DNA of 64,000 nt. Source: Cetorhinus maximus (taxonomy: Eukaryota). The translations under genes and the position numbers were made by a program. The stretch lies in the NCBI RefSeq assembly GCF_964194155.1, contig NC_135898.1:60760001-60824000 (forward strand), read 5' to 3'. Every line of letters begins with the position of its first letter. The stretch's first letter is position 1. Below the pieces are notes generated by a model. The model was given only the letters and a program-made list of their open reading frames with translations, was not told where the DNA came from and made no database searches. Positions 24,978 through 36,876 of this stretch are shown in pieces.

Positions 24978-27900
24978 CCAAGTTCGAATCTCACCACAGT
25001 AGATGGTGGAGTTTGAATTCAATAAAAATCTGGAATTAAAAGTCTAATGATGACCATGAAACCACTGTCGATTGCTGGAAATTCCCATCTGTTTCACTAA
25101 TGTCCTTTAGGAAAGGAAATCTGCCATCCTTACCTGCTCTGGCCTACATGTGACTTTAGACCCACAGCAATGTGGTTGACTCTTAAATGCCCTCTGAAAT
25201 GGCCTAGGAAACCATTCAGTTGTATCAAACTGTTAAAGAAAAGTCAAAAAGGGATGAAACCGGATGGACCACCCAGCATCAACCTAGGCACTGGAAATGA
25301 CAATGGCAAACTCAGTCCTATCAACCCTGCAAAGTTCTCCTTACTAACATCTGGGGGCTTGTGCCAAAATTGGGAGAGCTGTCTCACAAACTAGTCAAGC
25401 AACAGCTGGACATAGTCATACTCACAGAATCGTACCTTACGGACAATGTCCTAGACACCACCATCACCTTCCCTGGGTATGCCCTGTCTCACTGACAGGA
25501 CAGACCCAGCAGAGGTGGCAGCACAGTGGTATACAGTGGGGAGGGAGTTGCCCTGGAAGTCCTCAACTTTTACTCTGGACCCTAAGAAGTCTCATGGCAT
25601 CAGGTCAAACACGGGAAAGGAAACCTCCTGCTTATTACCATGTACCATCCCCCCTCAGCTGATGAATCAGTGCTCCTCCATATTGAACACTACTTGGAGG
25701 AAGCACTTAGGGTGGCAAAGGCGCAGAATGTACTCTGGATGGGGGATTTCAATGTCCATCACCAAGAGTGGCTCAGTAGCACCACCACAGACTGAGCTGG
25801 CCGAGTCCTAAAGGACATATTTGCTAGACTGGGTCTGCAGCAGGTGGTGAGGGAACCAACAAGAGGGCAGAACATACTTGACCTCATCCATACCAATCTG
25901 CCTGCTGCAGATGCATCTGTCATGACAGTATTGGTAGGAGTGACCACCACCCAGTCGCTGGGGAGACGAAGACCTGCCTTCACATTGAGGATACCCTCCA
26001 TCATGTTGTGTGGCCCTACCACCATACTAAATGGGATAGATTTTGAACAGATCTAGCAACTCAAGACTGAGCATCTATGAGGCACCGTGGGCCACCAGCA
26101 GCGGCTGAATTGCACTCAACCACAATCTGTAGCCTCATGGCCTGGCATATCCCCCACTCTACCATTACCACCAAGCCAAGGGTTCAACCCTGGTTCACTG
26201 AAGAGTTCAGGAGGCATGCCAGGAGCAGCACTCGACTTACCTAAAAATTAGGTGTCAACCTGTTGAAGATATAACACAGGACTACTTGCATGCCAGACAG
26301 CATAAGCAGCAAGTAACAGACAGAGCTTAGTGATTCCACAACCAACGGATCAGATCTAAGCTCTGCAGTCCTGCCACATTCAGTCGTGAATGGTGGTGGA
26401 CAATTAAACAACTCAATGGAGGAGGAGGCTCCACAAATATCCCCATCCTCAATGATGGGGGAGCCCAGCACATCAGTGCAAAAGATAAGGCTGAAGCATT
26501 TGCAACAATCTTCAGCCAGAACTGCCAAGTGGATGATCCATCTCAGCCTCCTCCGGAGGTCTCTAGCATCACAGATGCCAGTCTTCAGTCAATTCGATTC
26601 ATTCATCCATCCATTTTCACACCGCTTCTCCTGGTGAGGGTCACAGTGGCAGTAGGCTGAGCATGGCTGACCAGAATTCCCTTTCCTCAGCCACAGATTC
26701 CAGCTCCTCCTGGGGGATTTCCAGGTGTTCCAAGGCCAGCTGAGAGATGTAATTCCTCCAGCGTGTCCTGGGTTGGCCTGAAGCAGGTGGTGGTCATCCT
26801 TATCAGATGCCCGAACCACCTCAACTGGCTCCTCTCGATCGGAGGAGCAATGACCCTACACTGAGGCTTTCCCAAATTGCTGAACTCCTCACCCTGTCCC
26901 GGCGAGTATGCCCAGCAACCCTGCGGAGAAACCTCATTTCCGCCGTTTGTACCCGCAATCTTCTCCTTTCGGTCATTGCCCACAGTTCATGACCATAGGT
27001 GAGGATGGGGACCTAGATCGACCGGAGAACCGACAGCTTCATCCTAAAACTCAGCTCCCACTTCACCACCACGGACTGGTAGAGCACTCACAGAACTACA
27101 GCTGCCGTACTGATCTGCTGGTCAATCTCACCCTCCCACTGCCATCACTCACAAACAAGATCCTGAGATACTTAAACTCCTCTATTAAGGGAAGCTGCTC
27201 CCCCTCACCTGGAGAGAGCAACCCACTCTTTTCTAGGAGAGAACCAAGACCTCAGATGTGGAGGTGCTGATCCACATCCCAGCCGTGTCACACTCAGCAG
27301 TGAAATTTTCAAGTGCGCGCTGGAGATCACAGTTGGAGGAGACAAGAAGCGCAACATCATCTGCAATTAGCAGAGATGCCACCCTCAAGCCCCCAAACTG
27401 GATACTCTCCATACCTCGGCTGTGCCTTGACATCCTGTCCATGAAAATCATGAACAGGAGGCAAGACGCACCCTTGGCAGAGTCCAACGCCCACCTTGAA
27501 CGAATGTGACTTAATGCGAAAATGCAGACACAACTCTCGCTCCGCAACTAGAGGGGCCTGATAGCACGCACAAGCGGCACCAGCACCTTATATTCCTGCA
27601 GCACCTCCCACAAAATATCCTGAGGAACACGGCTGTATGCCTTCTCCAGGTCTACAAAACAGAGGTAGACCGGATTAGCAAATTCCCACGAACCCTCAAA
27701 TAGCCATGAGAAGGCAAAGAGCTGGTCGACTGTTCCACAGACAGGGCAGATTCCGCATTGTTCCTCCTGAATCTGAGGTTCGACGAACAGACATAACTCC
27801 AGCACTCTGACATAGGCTTTCCCGGGGAGGCTGAAGGGTGTGATTCCTCTATAATTGGAACACACCCTCTGGTCCCCTTTCTTAAAGATGGGGAACCGCC

Positions 27901-29682
27901 ACCCCAGTTTGCCAATCCAGTGGTACTATCCCCACCTTTCACGAAACATTGAAGAGGCGTGTTAACCATGACACTCCAACATTGTCCAGCGCCTTCAACA
28001 TCTCTGGACGAATCTTGTCCACCCCTGCTGCCTTATCGCTACAGAGGCCCTTGACCAGCGACCACAGCAAAAGTAATAGATCCGATCTCACTGGAGGGTT
28101 CTGGTTCACTCCACATGATATCAAGAAATAGCTGAAGGCACTGGATACTGCAAAGGCTATAGGCCCTGACAATATTCCAGCAATAGTACTAAAGGCTTGT
28201 GCTCCATAACTTGCCGCACCCTAGCCAAACTGTTCCAGTACAGCTACAACACTGGCATCTACCCGACAATGTGGAAAATTTCCCAGGTATGTCCCGTACA
28301 CATAAAGCAGGACAAATCTGGTGATTACCGCCCCATCAGTCTACTCTTGATCAGTGATGGAAGGGGTCATCAACAGTGCTATCAAGCGGCATTTGCTTAG
28401 CAATAACCTGTTCATTGACACTCAGTTTGGGTTCTGCCAGGGCCACTCAACTCCTGACCTCATTACAGCCTTGGTTCAAACATGGACAAAAGAGCTGAAC
28501 TCAAAAAGTGAGGTGAGACTGACTGCCCTTGACATCAAGGCAGCATCTAACCACGTGTGACATCAAGGAGCCCTAGCAAAACTGGAGTCAATGGAAATCA
28601 GGGGGAAAACTCTCCGCTGGTTGGAGTCATACCTAACACAAAGGAAGATGTTTGTCATTGTTGGAGGTCAATCATCTCAATTCCAGGACATCGGTGCAGG
28701 AGTTCTTCAGGGTAGTGTGCTCAGTCCAACCATCTTCAGCTGCTTCATGAATGGCCTTCCTTCCATAAGGTCAGAAGTGGGGATGTTTGCTGATGATTGC
28801 ACAATGTTCAGCACCATTTGCGACTCCTCAGATACTGAAGCAGTCCATGTCCAAAGGCAGCAAGACCTGGACAATATCCAAGCTTGGGCTGACAAGTAGC
28901 AAGCAACATTTGCACCACACAAGTGCCAGGCAATGATCATCTCCAAGAAGAGAGAAGCTAACCATTGCCGCTTGACATTGAATGGCATTACCATCAATGA
29001 ATTCTCCACTATCAACATCCTGGGGATTACCATTGACCAGAAATTGAACTGGACTAGCCATATAAATACTGTGGCTACAAGAGTAGGTCAGGGGCTAGGA
29101 ATCCTATAGCAAGCAACTCACCTCCTGACTCCCCAAAGTCCGACCGTCATCTACAAGGCACAAGTCAGGAGTGCGATGGAATACACTCCACTTGCCTGGA
29201 TGAGTGCAGCTCCAACAACACTCAAGAATCTTGACACCATCCAGCACAAGTCAGCATGCTTGATTGGCACCCCAGCCACAAATATTCATTCCTTCTACCA
29301 CAGACAAACAGTGGCAGCAGTGTGTGCCATCTACACGATGCACTGCAGGAACTCACCAAGGCTCCTTAGACTGCACCTTCCAAACCCACAGCCACCACCA
29401 TCTAGAAGGACAAGGGCAACAGACACATGTGAACACCATCACCTGGAAGTACCCCTCCGAGCCACTTTCTTGGAAATATATCGCTGTTCCTTCACTGTCA
29501 CTGGGTCAAAATCCAGGAACTCCCTGCCTAACAGCACTGTGGGTGTACCTACACCACATGGACTGCAGCGGTTCAAGAAAGTAGCTCACCACCACCATCT
29601 TCTCAAGGGCAATTAGGGATGGGCAATAAATGCTTGCCTAGCTAGCGATGTCCACATCCCGTAAATGAATAACAAAAAAAAG
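24978..29682 (+). mobile_element. Near-full-length single-ORF CR1-group LINE (APE endonuclease + RT), decayed
   Basis: APE motifs NIWGL, DIVILTES, GDFN, LDLI, SDH. RT motifs YRPISLL, QFGF, DIKAA, QGSVLSP, FADD. Ends AATAAA…poly(A). Starts at a B-box (GTTCGAATC). Split by an RTE at 26602-28104. Confidence 0.92.
26602..28104 (-). mobile_element. 5'-truncated RTE-clade LINE, Rex3/Expander-like, nested in the CR1-group LINE
   Basis: KAAGVDKIRPEMLKALD, CSNYRGIT..SLPGKAY, IQEEQCG, WEFANPVYLCFVDLEKAY, LLIADD, IERSQLRWFGHL. 3' tail (GATG)n-like (ttcatccatccat on +). TTCA on both sides. Confidence 0.88.
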
Positions 29683-30230
29683 AAAGCAGCCTGTAGAAGG
29701 GCTTGTTGCTGGAGGTGGGCTCAGTCCAGATTGGGCAAGTTAAAAGGCCCGTCTCCACTTCCAAAAAACTTCAACCTCGTGCTTCTGATCAGCTGGTCAT
29801 CTATATAGAGTTAAACCTTCTAACCACTTTGAACCACAATTCACTCTAACCACTCACCCCTTCACCCCCAACCCCTCTCCTCACCCTCTCACCCACACCC
29901 CCTCAATGCCTCACAGTCCTAAGCCATTATCCACTTTATGAACAGAATTCACAAGCCATATTATAATAGTTGGGAGCCACTGAATAGCCCAGAAAACTGC
30001 CTGAGGAAACAAACAGACTTTTCAAACCAGTTCTATAAATAGAGTCAAGTACTTGTAAAATGATTAGGCAATTTGATTGTAGTCAAGAGCCCATAAAGCT
30101 GTCCAAGTAAACAAACAGACTTCAGAACTGCTACCTCAACAGATGTCTAGGCTGAGTGCATAAAAGCAATGGGGAAAGATTAAACATTCACTTAATATTA
30201 TCACACTAGTCTATTCTTTCAATAGTGTGA

Positions 30231-31896
30231 GAAGGGGAAGCTGGAGTGAGATCAAGTTGCCCCGCACCCCTCTCGCGTACACACTTTTGGAGGCAAACTA
30301 TGATGTCAGCGATGGAGTTCAGTCCACTCAGCAGTGCAGGACCGGTGTCCTTGAACAAGGTCCCAATGGTGGCCGCCATCCTACCAGTGTTGATCTCAGT
30401 GTGTTGGCATGCCGGCACTATCATTTCAGACTGAAGGCAGTTGGACACCTCCGTTGTGCCTTGCAATCTGAGGAGTGCAGCAGGTATCCCTTCCTGATGT
30501 TTCTAAGCTTGCCTTTGCAGCTCCAGCAATTGAGGTATGACCAAGTCCAGAGGCTCCCCATCTGACCCAGACTCAGCAGTTTTCTGGCCTCCAGCAGTCC
30601 TCCAAATGCCGGAAACCTGGGAAGTCCCCACCATCACCTGCTGTGGATCAGACAGTGCAATGTGCTCACCAGATTGTGACCCCAAGGCTACTCTAAATCT
30701 AGGTCCCACTGAGGTATGTGCCTCTGCACTGGTGGATGGTGTGGGTTAGTGCTGTGACAGATTTTCAAAGAGGGTCTAATCAGATTCTTCTTCTGAGGTT
30801 TCTTCAGAGCTTGAGTTGAGGACGTGGATGATGGACCTCCTCAGCTGTTTCCCAGATGTGCCTGCGAATGCAAGGAGAGATAACTAATGCATGGCAGGGG
30901 ATTGTGGAACAGTGGAAGTGACTCAAAGCATGGCTGTCTGATGGATGTTGTACTGCTGTATCCTCACTTCATAGAGTACCACTGACCTCACTTTCTGCAC
31001 AGGAATGGTCCAGATTATTGCTGGACAGCTGGATGACTCTATTTTCAAAGTCCATGAGGACCATGAGTTCAGGCATCCCTCCACCAGTCTGTGACTGCTC
31101 CCTTTTGCCAGCTTATCCTGCATGAATACTGATGGAGAGGATGCAGGATGCCTGTAGGGCCAGGTGATAAGGATGCCTGGCATGTGTGGGTGGTGAGTGG
31201 TGCCATGGACAGGATGAGGACATGATCCAAAGGGAAAATGAAGGTGTGTGTGAGAGTGAATGGTGATGTCCCTTAAACTGGCAGTGAATGAGATTCCTGT
31301 GGATGTGTAATGGGTTTGTGATTGTGTGGGTTGAGAGGTATGGGAAGCTGGAGTTGCAGTTATGAGAAGAGTGACTTACCCTGGCGGAATGGAGGAGATC
31401 ATTCACCCTCTTTTGGTGCTGGGTGGCTGTCCTCTTTTGCAGGGCGTTGGTGCTGACCACTGCTGCCACTGCCTTGCATGCAGGATTGGTGACCTTTCTT
31501 GCTGGCCTTCGCACAGAGCGGGGGTAGAGATTATTGCGCCAGGCCTCCACTGTGTCTAAGTAGGTGCTAAAGAGAGGCATCGCTAAATCTGGGGGCAGCA
31601 TGTTTCCTCTCTTTGGTAGCCATCAGTTCCCAGCAGCTCCCTATTCCTTGAAGAATGCTAGCTCTTTGCAGTGGTGGCCTTTAAATCTGGTGCCCAGTTT
31701 ACTGAATGCCTGAGGAGATGGCGGGGTGGGCGAATCAGAGGATGTCCCGCCAGGCTGGTGTATTTCTCAGGAATGCATAATGAATGAGGTGGGAATGGGA
31801 TGATACGGCGTGAAAACCCGCCATTGCAGCCAGCGGGTAAAATGCCCTTTTTCCCGCCGCTACCGCATTTCGTGCAAATTTGGGGTGATTCTGCCC
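30231..31896 (-). mobile_element. Harbinger family B, Myb-side half (left part deleted) with Myb/SANT-like pseudogene on the minus strand
   Basis: Colinear with 39010-40332. LYPRSVRRPARKVTNPACKAVAAVVSTNALQKRTATQHQKRVNDLL and QDKLAKGS. Ends …GATTCTGCCC followed by ATT. Confidence 0.87.
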
Positions 31897-31971
31897 ATTG
31901 TTTAAGGGGTAATTATGTCTTCCAATCACAGCATTGCCAGAATTCACCAAAACAAACACAGATACAACTCA

Positions 31972-32068
31972 AAAAATAAAAAAATACCTGGAAAAACTCA
32001 GCAGGTCTGGCAGCATCGGCGGAGAAGAGTACAGTTGACGTTTCGAGTCCTCATGACCCTTCAACAGA
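31972..32068 (-). mobile_element. ~100-bp Penelope-like end carrying a hammerhead-like motif
   Basis: Similar to 15360-15456. 8-bp TSD ACAACTCA (31964-31971, 32069-32076); the empty site is seen in the paralog near 24178. Motif GUU-CUGUUGA-A-GGGUC-AUGAG-GACUC-GAAA-CG-UC-AAC. Confidence 0.75.
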
Positions 32069-33456
32069 ACAACTCATGCCAAAGTATTTCATTATCAACT
32101 TTAAAGGCGGCAAAATCATTTTAATTACCCGTTAAAGTGTTCCCACCTCCAATCCATGGTTCATGCCTCCGAGCAGCTGGTGTAAAAACCTGACAGCTGC
32201 TAAAATCCAGCTGCATGAAAATAAAAAAAAACTTACCAGAGATGGACTCTCAATGAGCCTAGAATGCTGTTCTCCTTCATAAGAGCAGATGGGTTCCAGG
32301 TCCCATTCCCTCCTCTGCCCTCGTGAAAATGGCTGAGGGCGAAAACAGGCTGGACCTTTGGGTGCGCTGCCCAGTGGCCATTTTTTCTGGCCCTGCCTTT
32401 GTTTGGTCCTGATTGGGATCATGAAAATCTGGTCCTGGGAGCTTGATGAAATCATCTGTATCCAGTTCACAGCAATGCCTGAGTGGGAACAAAGAAACTA
32501 ACCAGAATTATTCTCATTATTTCGGACAGTTCTGAATATCAGCAGCAGTTATTTCTTGTACCAAATTATTTTTGCACATAAGGGTAAGGGTATATAAATA
32601 TTTAATGTTTATTAAATATCTATTTACTTAAATACTTAGGTATTTAAATAAATAAAATTTATTTATTTGAAGTAATGACAGCAGCCATATAAAATCTGGG
32701 GAGATCCTCAGAGATGAAAGTGTGACAGTAAAAGATATCAAAGATCTAATGGAGAAATAGTAACAGTATAAAATAAAGCAGGGGGGCAATGTACAGAACA
32801 GAGCAAGCAGTAGGTGTGGTAAAATGTGCAGTTTGACTACATGCATGGATTTAACTTAATCCATTTAAGATCAGCTCTTTTTCTAGTTTATTTGTTTTCA
32901 AGCCTTTAAATTTCAAACATAAATGAATTACAGTCACTGTAGAAAAAGTTCAATTTTTTATATGGGTGAGGGTACATGTGTAAGGCACAGTTCAGGTGGT
33001 TGAAAGGCAGATTTTATTTAGCGTTCATTTACAATGCAGATGATGCCAGCTCCTGGGCATCCTATCCAATTGCATTTATCACATTAATGAACCTACAATA
33101 TATGCATAATAAATAATGCACACAATGTTATGTAGAATTTTCTTTCAGAGAACTACATAAACCATGCTGGACTTAAATTCAGAACTGGTACATCCAGAAA
33201 AAGACAGTTTTACCAAACAGGAATGAAAATCATAGTGGCAAAAATTAAAAGAGCAGGGAGGCTATATTTGGGACTGGAATTAGACCCCTCCACTTACTCA
33301 TGTCCTCTAAAATATGGAAGGACATTACAGAACACTTGATACCATTTCATACACGAAACAGATTGGGAATGACACCCAGAAGTGGTAGAATTACCTTAAG
33401 TGGAGAATCAATTGGCTTGTGTTAAGTGTAGGTTGGCACGAACTGGAGGCACTTAC

Positions 33457-33503
33457 ATTCACCCGCCAATGATACGCCAGAAGAGGAGGTTCTGTTCTTC
33501 TCC
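33457..33503 (-). other. Candidate 47-nt exon of an unidentified transcript
   Basis: Minus strand: TTCTAATTTCTCTAG acceptor and AT|GTAAGT donor; CpGs retained; no recognisable peptide. Confidence 0.2.
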
Positions 33504-33964
33504 CTAGAGAAATTAGAAGATATTGCTTGTCCAGTACTCCCAGGGTAACACACGTAACTTCAATCAGTGTTTGCCTTGCCACACCCACATCCCATGAATG
33601 AAAATTTAAAAAAAACACTGAGCACAAAGACTTCTCCCCTTGTGCCAACACAATTTATCAAACCAAAATTGGCCACAAAAGACTGTGATCCTCCCTCTAC
33701 TGATGACACAGGCTTCAAATTACGTTTTACATGCATGCTAATTATTTCCAATAGTCCATTTTACACTATTGTGTCCACCATAATTTTTCTTTAGCTATAA
33801 AATCAATAGTGTAATATTCATGTTTATCTATCTAGGGCTTTCTATGCTACAACCTTGTTTCTAGTTGAGGACCAAAGCTGTCTGTTCTCTTTTAAAGCCA
33901 GTTTGGCATGAAAATGCAGTCTGTCTTTAATTGTTATTGGCTAATTGATCCTTTTCTCCTTCAG

Positions 33965-33985
33965 GTAACCACCTTAACAGTGGAG
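33965..33985 (+). other. Candidate 21-nt microexon or recursive splice site
   Basis: Branch-like CTAAT (33941), TCCTTTTCTCCTTCAG acceptor, GAG|GTAAGA donor. Frame-preserving (VTTLTVE or xNHLNSG). Confidence 0.3.
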
Positions 33986-36876
33986 GTAAGACAACCTTGC
34001 CTTTCACAGTAAAGAAAATGTTAAAAAAAACATGTAATATACAAACATGATCTGCTTATCAGCTGGTGAATTGCTTGAACAACAGTTATTAATATACTGC
34101 TGCCTATCAGCCACTCTTCCTTATTTTTTCTCTGAAAGTACCCTTTTGGAAGCTAGGCAGCTTTACTAATACCATCAGAAATAAACTCAATAAAACTGCA
34201 ACAGTAGCAACCAATAGAATCTGAAAGGAGCCTGAGCTCTGTCATTTAAACTGATGAGAGTTTTAACAAAAGCGGGCTAAATTTTAGAGACAATTTAAAA
34301 TATTTGATAAAATTTGTAGATTAATATTCACATGATGCTTCAGCAATGACTATTCAGCAAACAGGTCTTAGAACAACCACTTTCTCTGTGGGGTAAGTAA
34401 CTCCATACAGCAAAATAGGTGAATAATTCAGTGTGTGGCGAGATGACGGGCACCAAATTCTTCCATGCAACAATGCTCCAAGTGGCATTAACCAGTACCA
34501 ATTTCAAAGATTTTAAAGCTTAGAAACTGCTCCATTTCTTTCTGCTATAGCGATAAAGCCCCCGTTGTACTGATTTTTGCAACTTCCCCCCATGCCCGAT
34601 GTGTTATTGGCAAAGCGTACTGATACTACAACTGGCTAACAAAAATATCCTCATTTAGAGTCTCCCACTTAAACTATCATAAAGTCTCCTGCAACTGCTG
34701 GAGGGCCATCATCCTTTTGAGATATGCTATTTTTGTAAAGAAGGAAAATAATTGATGGCTGACCTTTTAGGGATGTTCGTCTGAAATCTAAATGTCTTTT
34801 TATTCAAAGTGTGAACAATTGCTATAATTTCTTTTCTTAGCCACCTTATTCCAGCAGCAACAAAGATGGCAGTGGCAAGAAATCTTAAATATTTTTTAAT
34901 AGAAACATAGTGTTGCAGGTAATGATGAATCTAGGGCATACATTAAAAAGAAATGACCTGGTTATTGGCTTGTAATAGTGTTTAATGCCAGCTGAATTGG
35001 TTTCAGTCAGTCAGACTTTACTCAGCTGCTGAAAATCATTTCAACTTAGAAATGAGTGCTTTCAGTAATGCATACAAATGTGGGAGCGAAAATGTCAACC
35101 TTGGGCAATAGGTTTTGCAGTAGTAGCTGTTTCTGTAGTTAACATACAGAACCACCAAAATGTAGATATGAGCACAAAAATATTGTTATAACTATTGGCT
35201 TTGCAAAAATTATTTGGAATTTGTTGTATGAGTTGAGATATCATTAAGAGTTGCTTCAGTCTCTTCATATAGTGATGGTGAATTGTTTCCAATGAAGTAC
35301 TTGAAGATCAACTTTACCATAATAACTCAGAGAGGCTTTGAGGTCCCTTTCTATTATAATAGATTTTTGTGTCCATTTGAGCAAAGCTGCAGGGGTCAGA
35401 AGTGTTATCTAAGTTTTTTAGAGACTAGAGCAAAGCTACTCTATTTTCCTTCCATTTGTTAAAAAAAATATTTATTTGCATATCTTACTTATTCCCTGTT
35501 ACAAGATTAACTAACCAAAACCTGCAATGTCTTGGAATCTTTCAATTTGATCACTTCTTTTTACGTGTAAGTAAAGTAGATGCATTTAGCAATACACAAG
35601 AATAAAGGCCATTTGGAATGAGAAAGGGCCCCTTGGTCCATTGAGCCCATACTTACCACACTGGGCGAAATTTTCCATGCCGGCTGGCGTCAGGCGTGTT
35701 CGGTGGCGTAAGCAGACAATATGGCACAATCAGTTTCATGGCGTGAAACCAGTTTGCGATTGTCTGCTCAGCCCACCGATGGCGGGCCGTGTTTCCCACC
35801 ATTGGATGGTCGGGAACCTCACTGTAAAACATCAGTATATCTTTATTAGGCCTGTCCACTGGAATCTTCCCCTCCCCCACCCCAGCTGGATCATCCGTCC
35901 ACGTCGGCGGGAAAACACCCTGGCGTGTTTCACAACTGCACATAAAAGGTGTGTACTTGGCGGCCTGCACTTTGAGGGGAACTTGGAGGTGAGTACATAG
36001 TAACATTGTACAGCACTTGCCAGGGTCGCATGTTGGACTTCAAGCTTGAGGGGCATTGGGGGGTTGTGGTTAAGGGCAGCCCTGCCATTGGAGGTGACTT
36101 GTGGTGGTGGTGGTGGTGGTGTTGGTGGGGGGGGGGGGGTCAGGGCAAGGGCAGCCCTGTTGTTGAATATAGCGCACAAGCATTCAGGGTGGGGGGGTTG
36201 GGTGGGCGAGGGATGTGGCCCTGCATTAGGGGATACTGTAAAAAGTGACCATTCCTCTGCAGCTCAGACAGTTCAGACACAGCCACATTGATATAATTAA
36301 TGTTGGACTTCTAGCTTATCTGCCCACTCAAGCAACGCAGAAGCATCAGAGTGGCACCAAGCGCTCCAAAGCTTTTCACTGCCCCCTTACCTGCTCCCCC
36401 ACCCCCGCTCCTTGTCCCCAGCACAGACTGCAAAGGCATGAGCATTTTAGTGGACTGCAGAACAGTTGGATGACTGCACATGTTGTACAGTCTCCTTGCT
36501 AAAGCTGGCCATGGAGCAGTCACTGCTGGAGGTGCTCATAGCATCTTGTAATGTCAGCATCCCGGTTTGGACCAGTCTCTCCCATGGTTCAAGCTAACAG
36601 GGCAGCCTTGCAGCATGGGTTAGGAGAAAGCCTGCACCTGAGCTGAGAGCACAGCATGCAGTCCAGTGGGCAAATCTGCCACCAATCAGTCAGGTGGAGT
36701 GGGGCAGAGGTGGTGGGTTTTCAGGCAGCGCACTAATCTCTGGCCATCCAAGTGGTGGCCAGCACTCTCCAGGAATCGTTAAGGAGCCTTCACACTTAAC
36801 CAGGACAGGTTCTTAGTACACCCATGCTAACCACACGTGTCTCACTTCCATCCTGCAGGAGGATATCATCAGGATC

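Larger units (their letters stand above)
24875..32435. mobile_element. Putative old Harbinger-type non-autonomous element hosting nested insertions
   Basis: TIR-like GGTCAAGATTTT (24875) and AAAATCTGGTCC (32435); flanks AGG and TGG. Its own pieces would be 24875-24977, 29684-30230, 31897-31971 and 32069-32435. Confidence 0.5.

Noticed and set aside
25250-25350. 2A-like ribosome-skipping peptide upstream of the APE domain
   Set aside because: No D(V/I)ExNPGP motif in any frame I read.
19480-32156. Recent segmental duplication explaining the shared flanks
   Set aside because: The flanks are clearly diverged and the inserted transposons differ in family and orientation.
36057-36210. G-rich/(TGG)n tract giving Gly- or Pro-rich ORFs
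   Set aside because: Simple repeat within the transposon's 5' intron.
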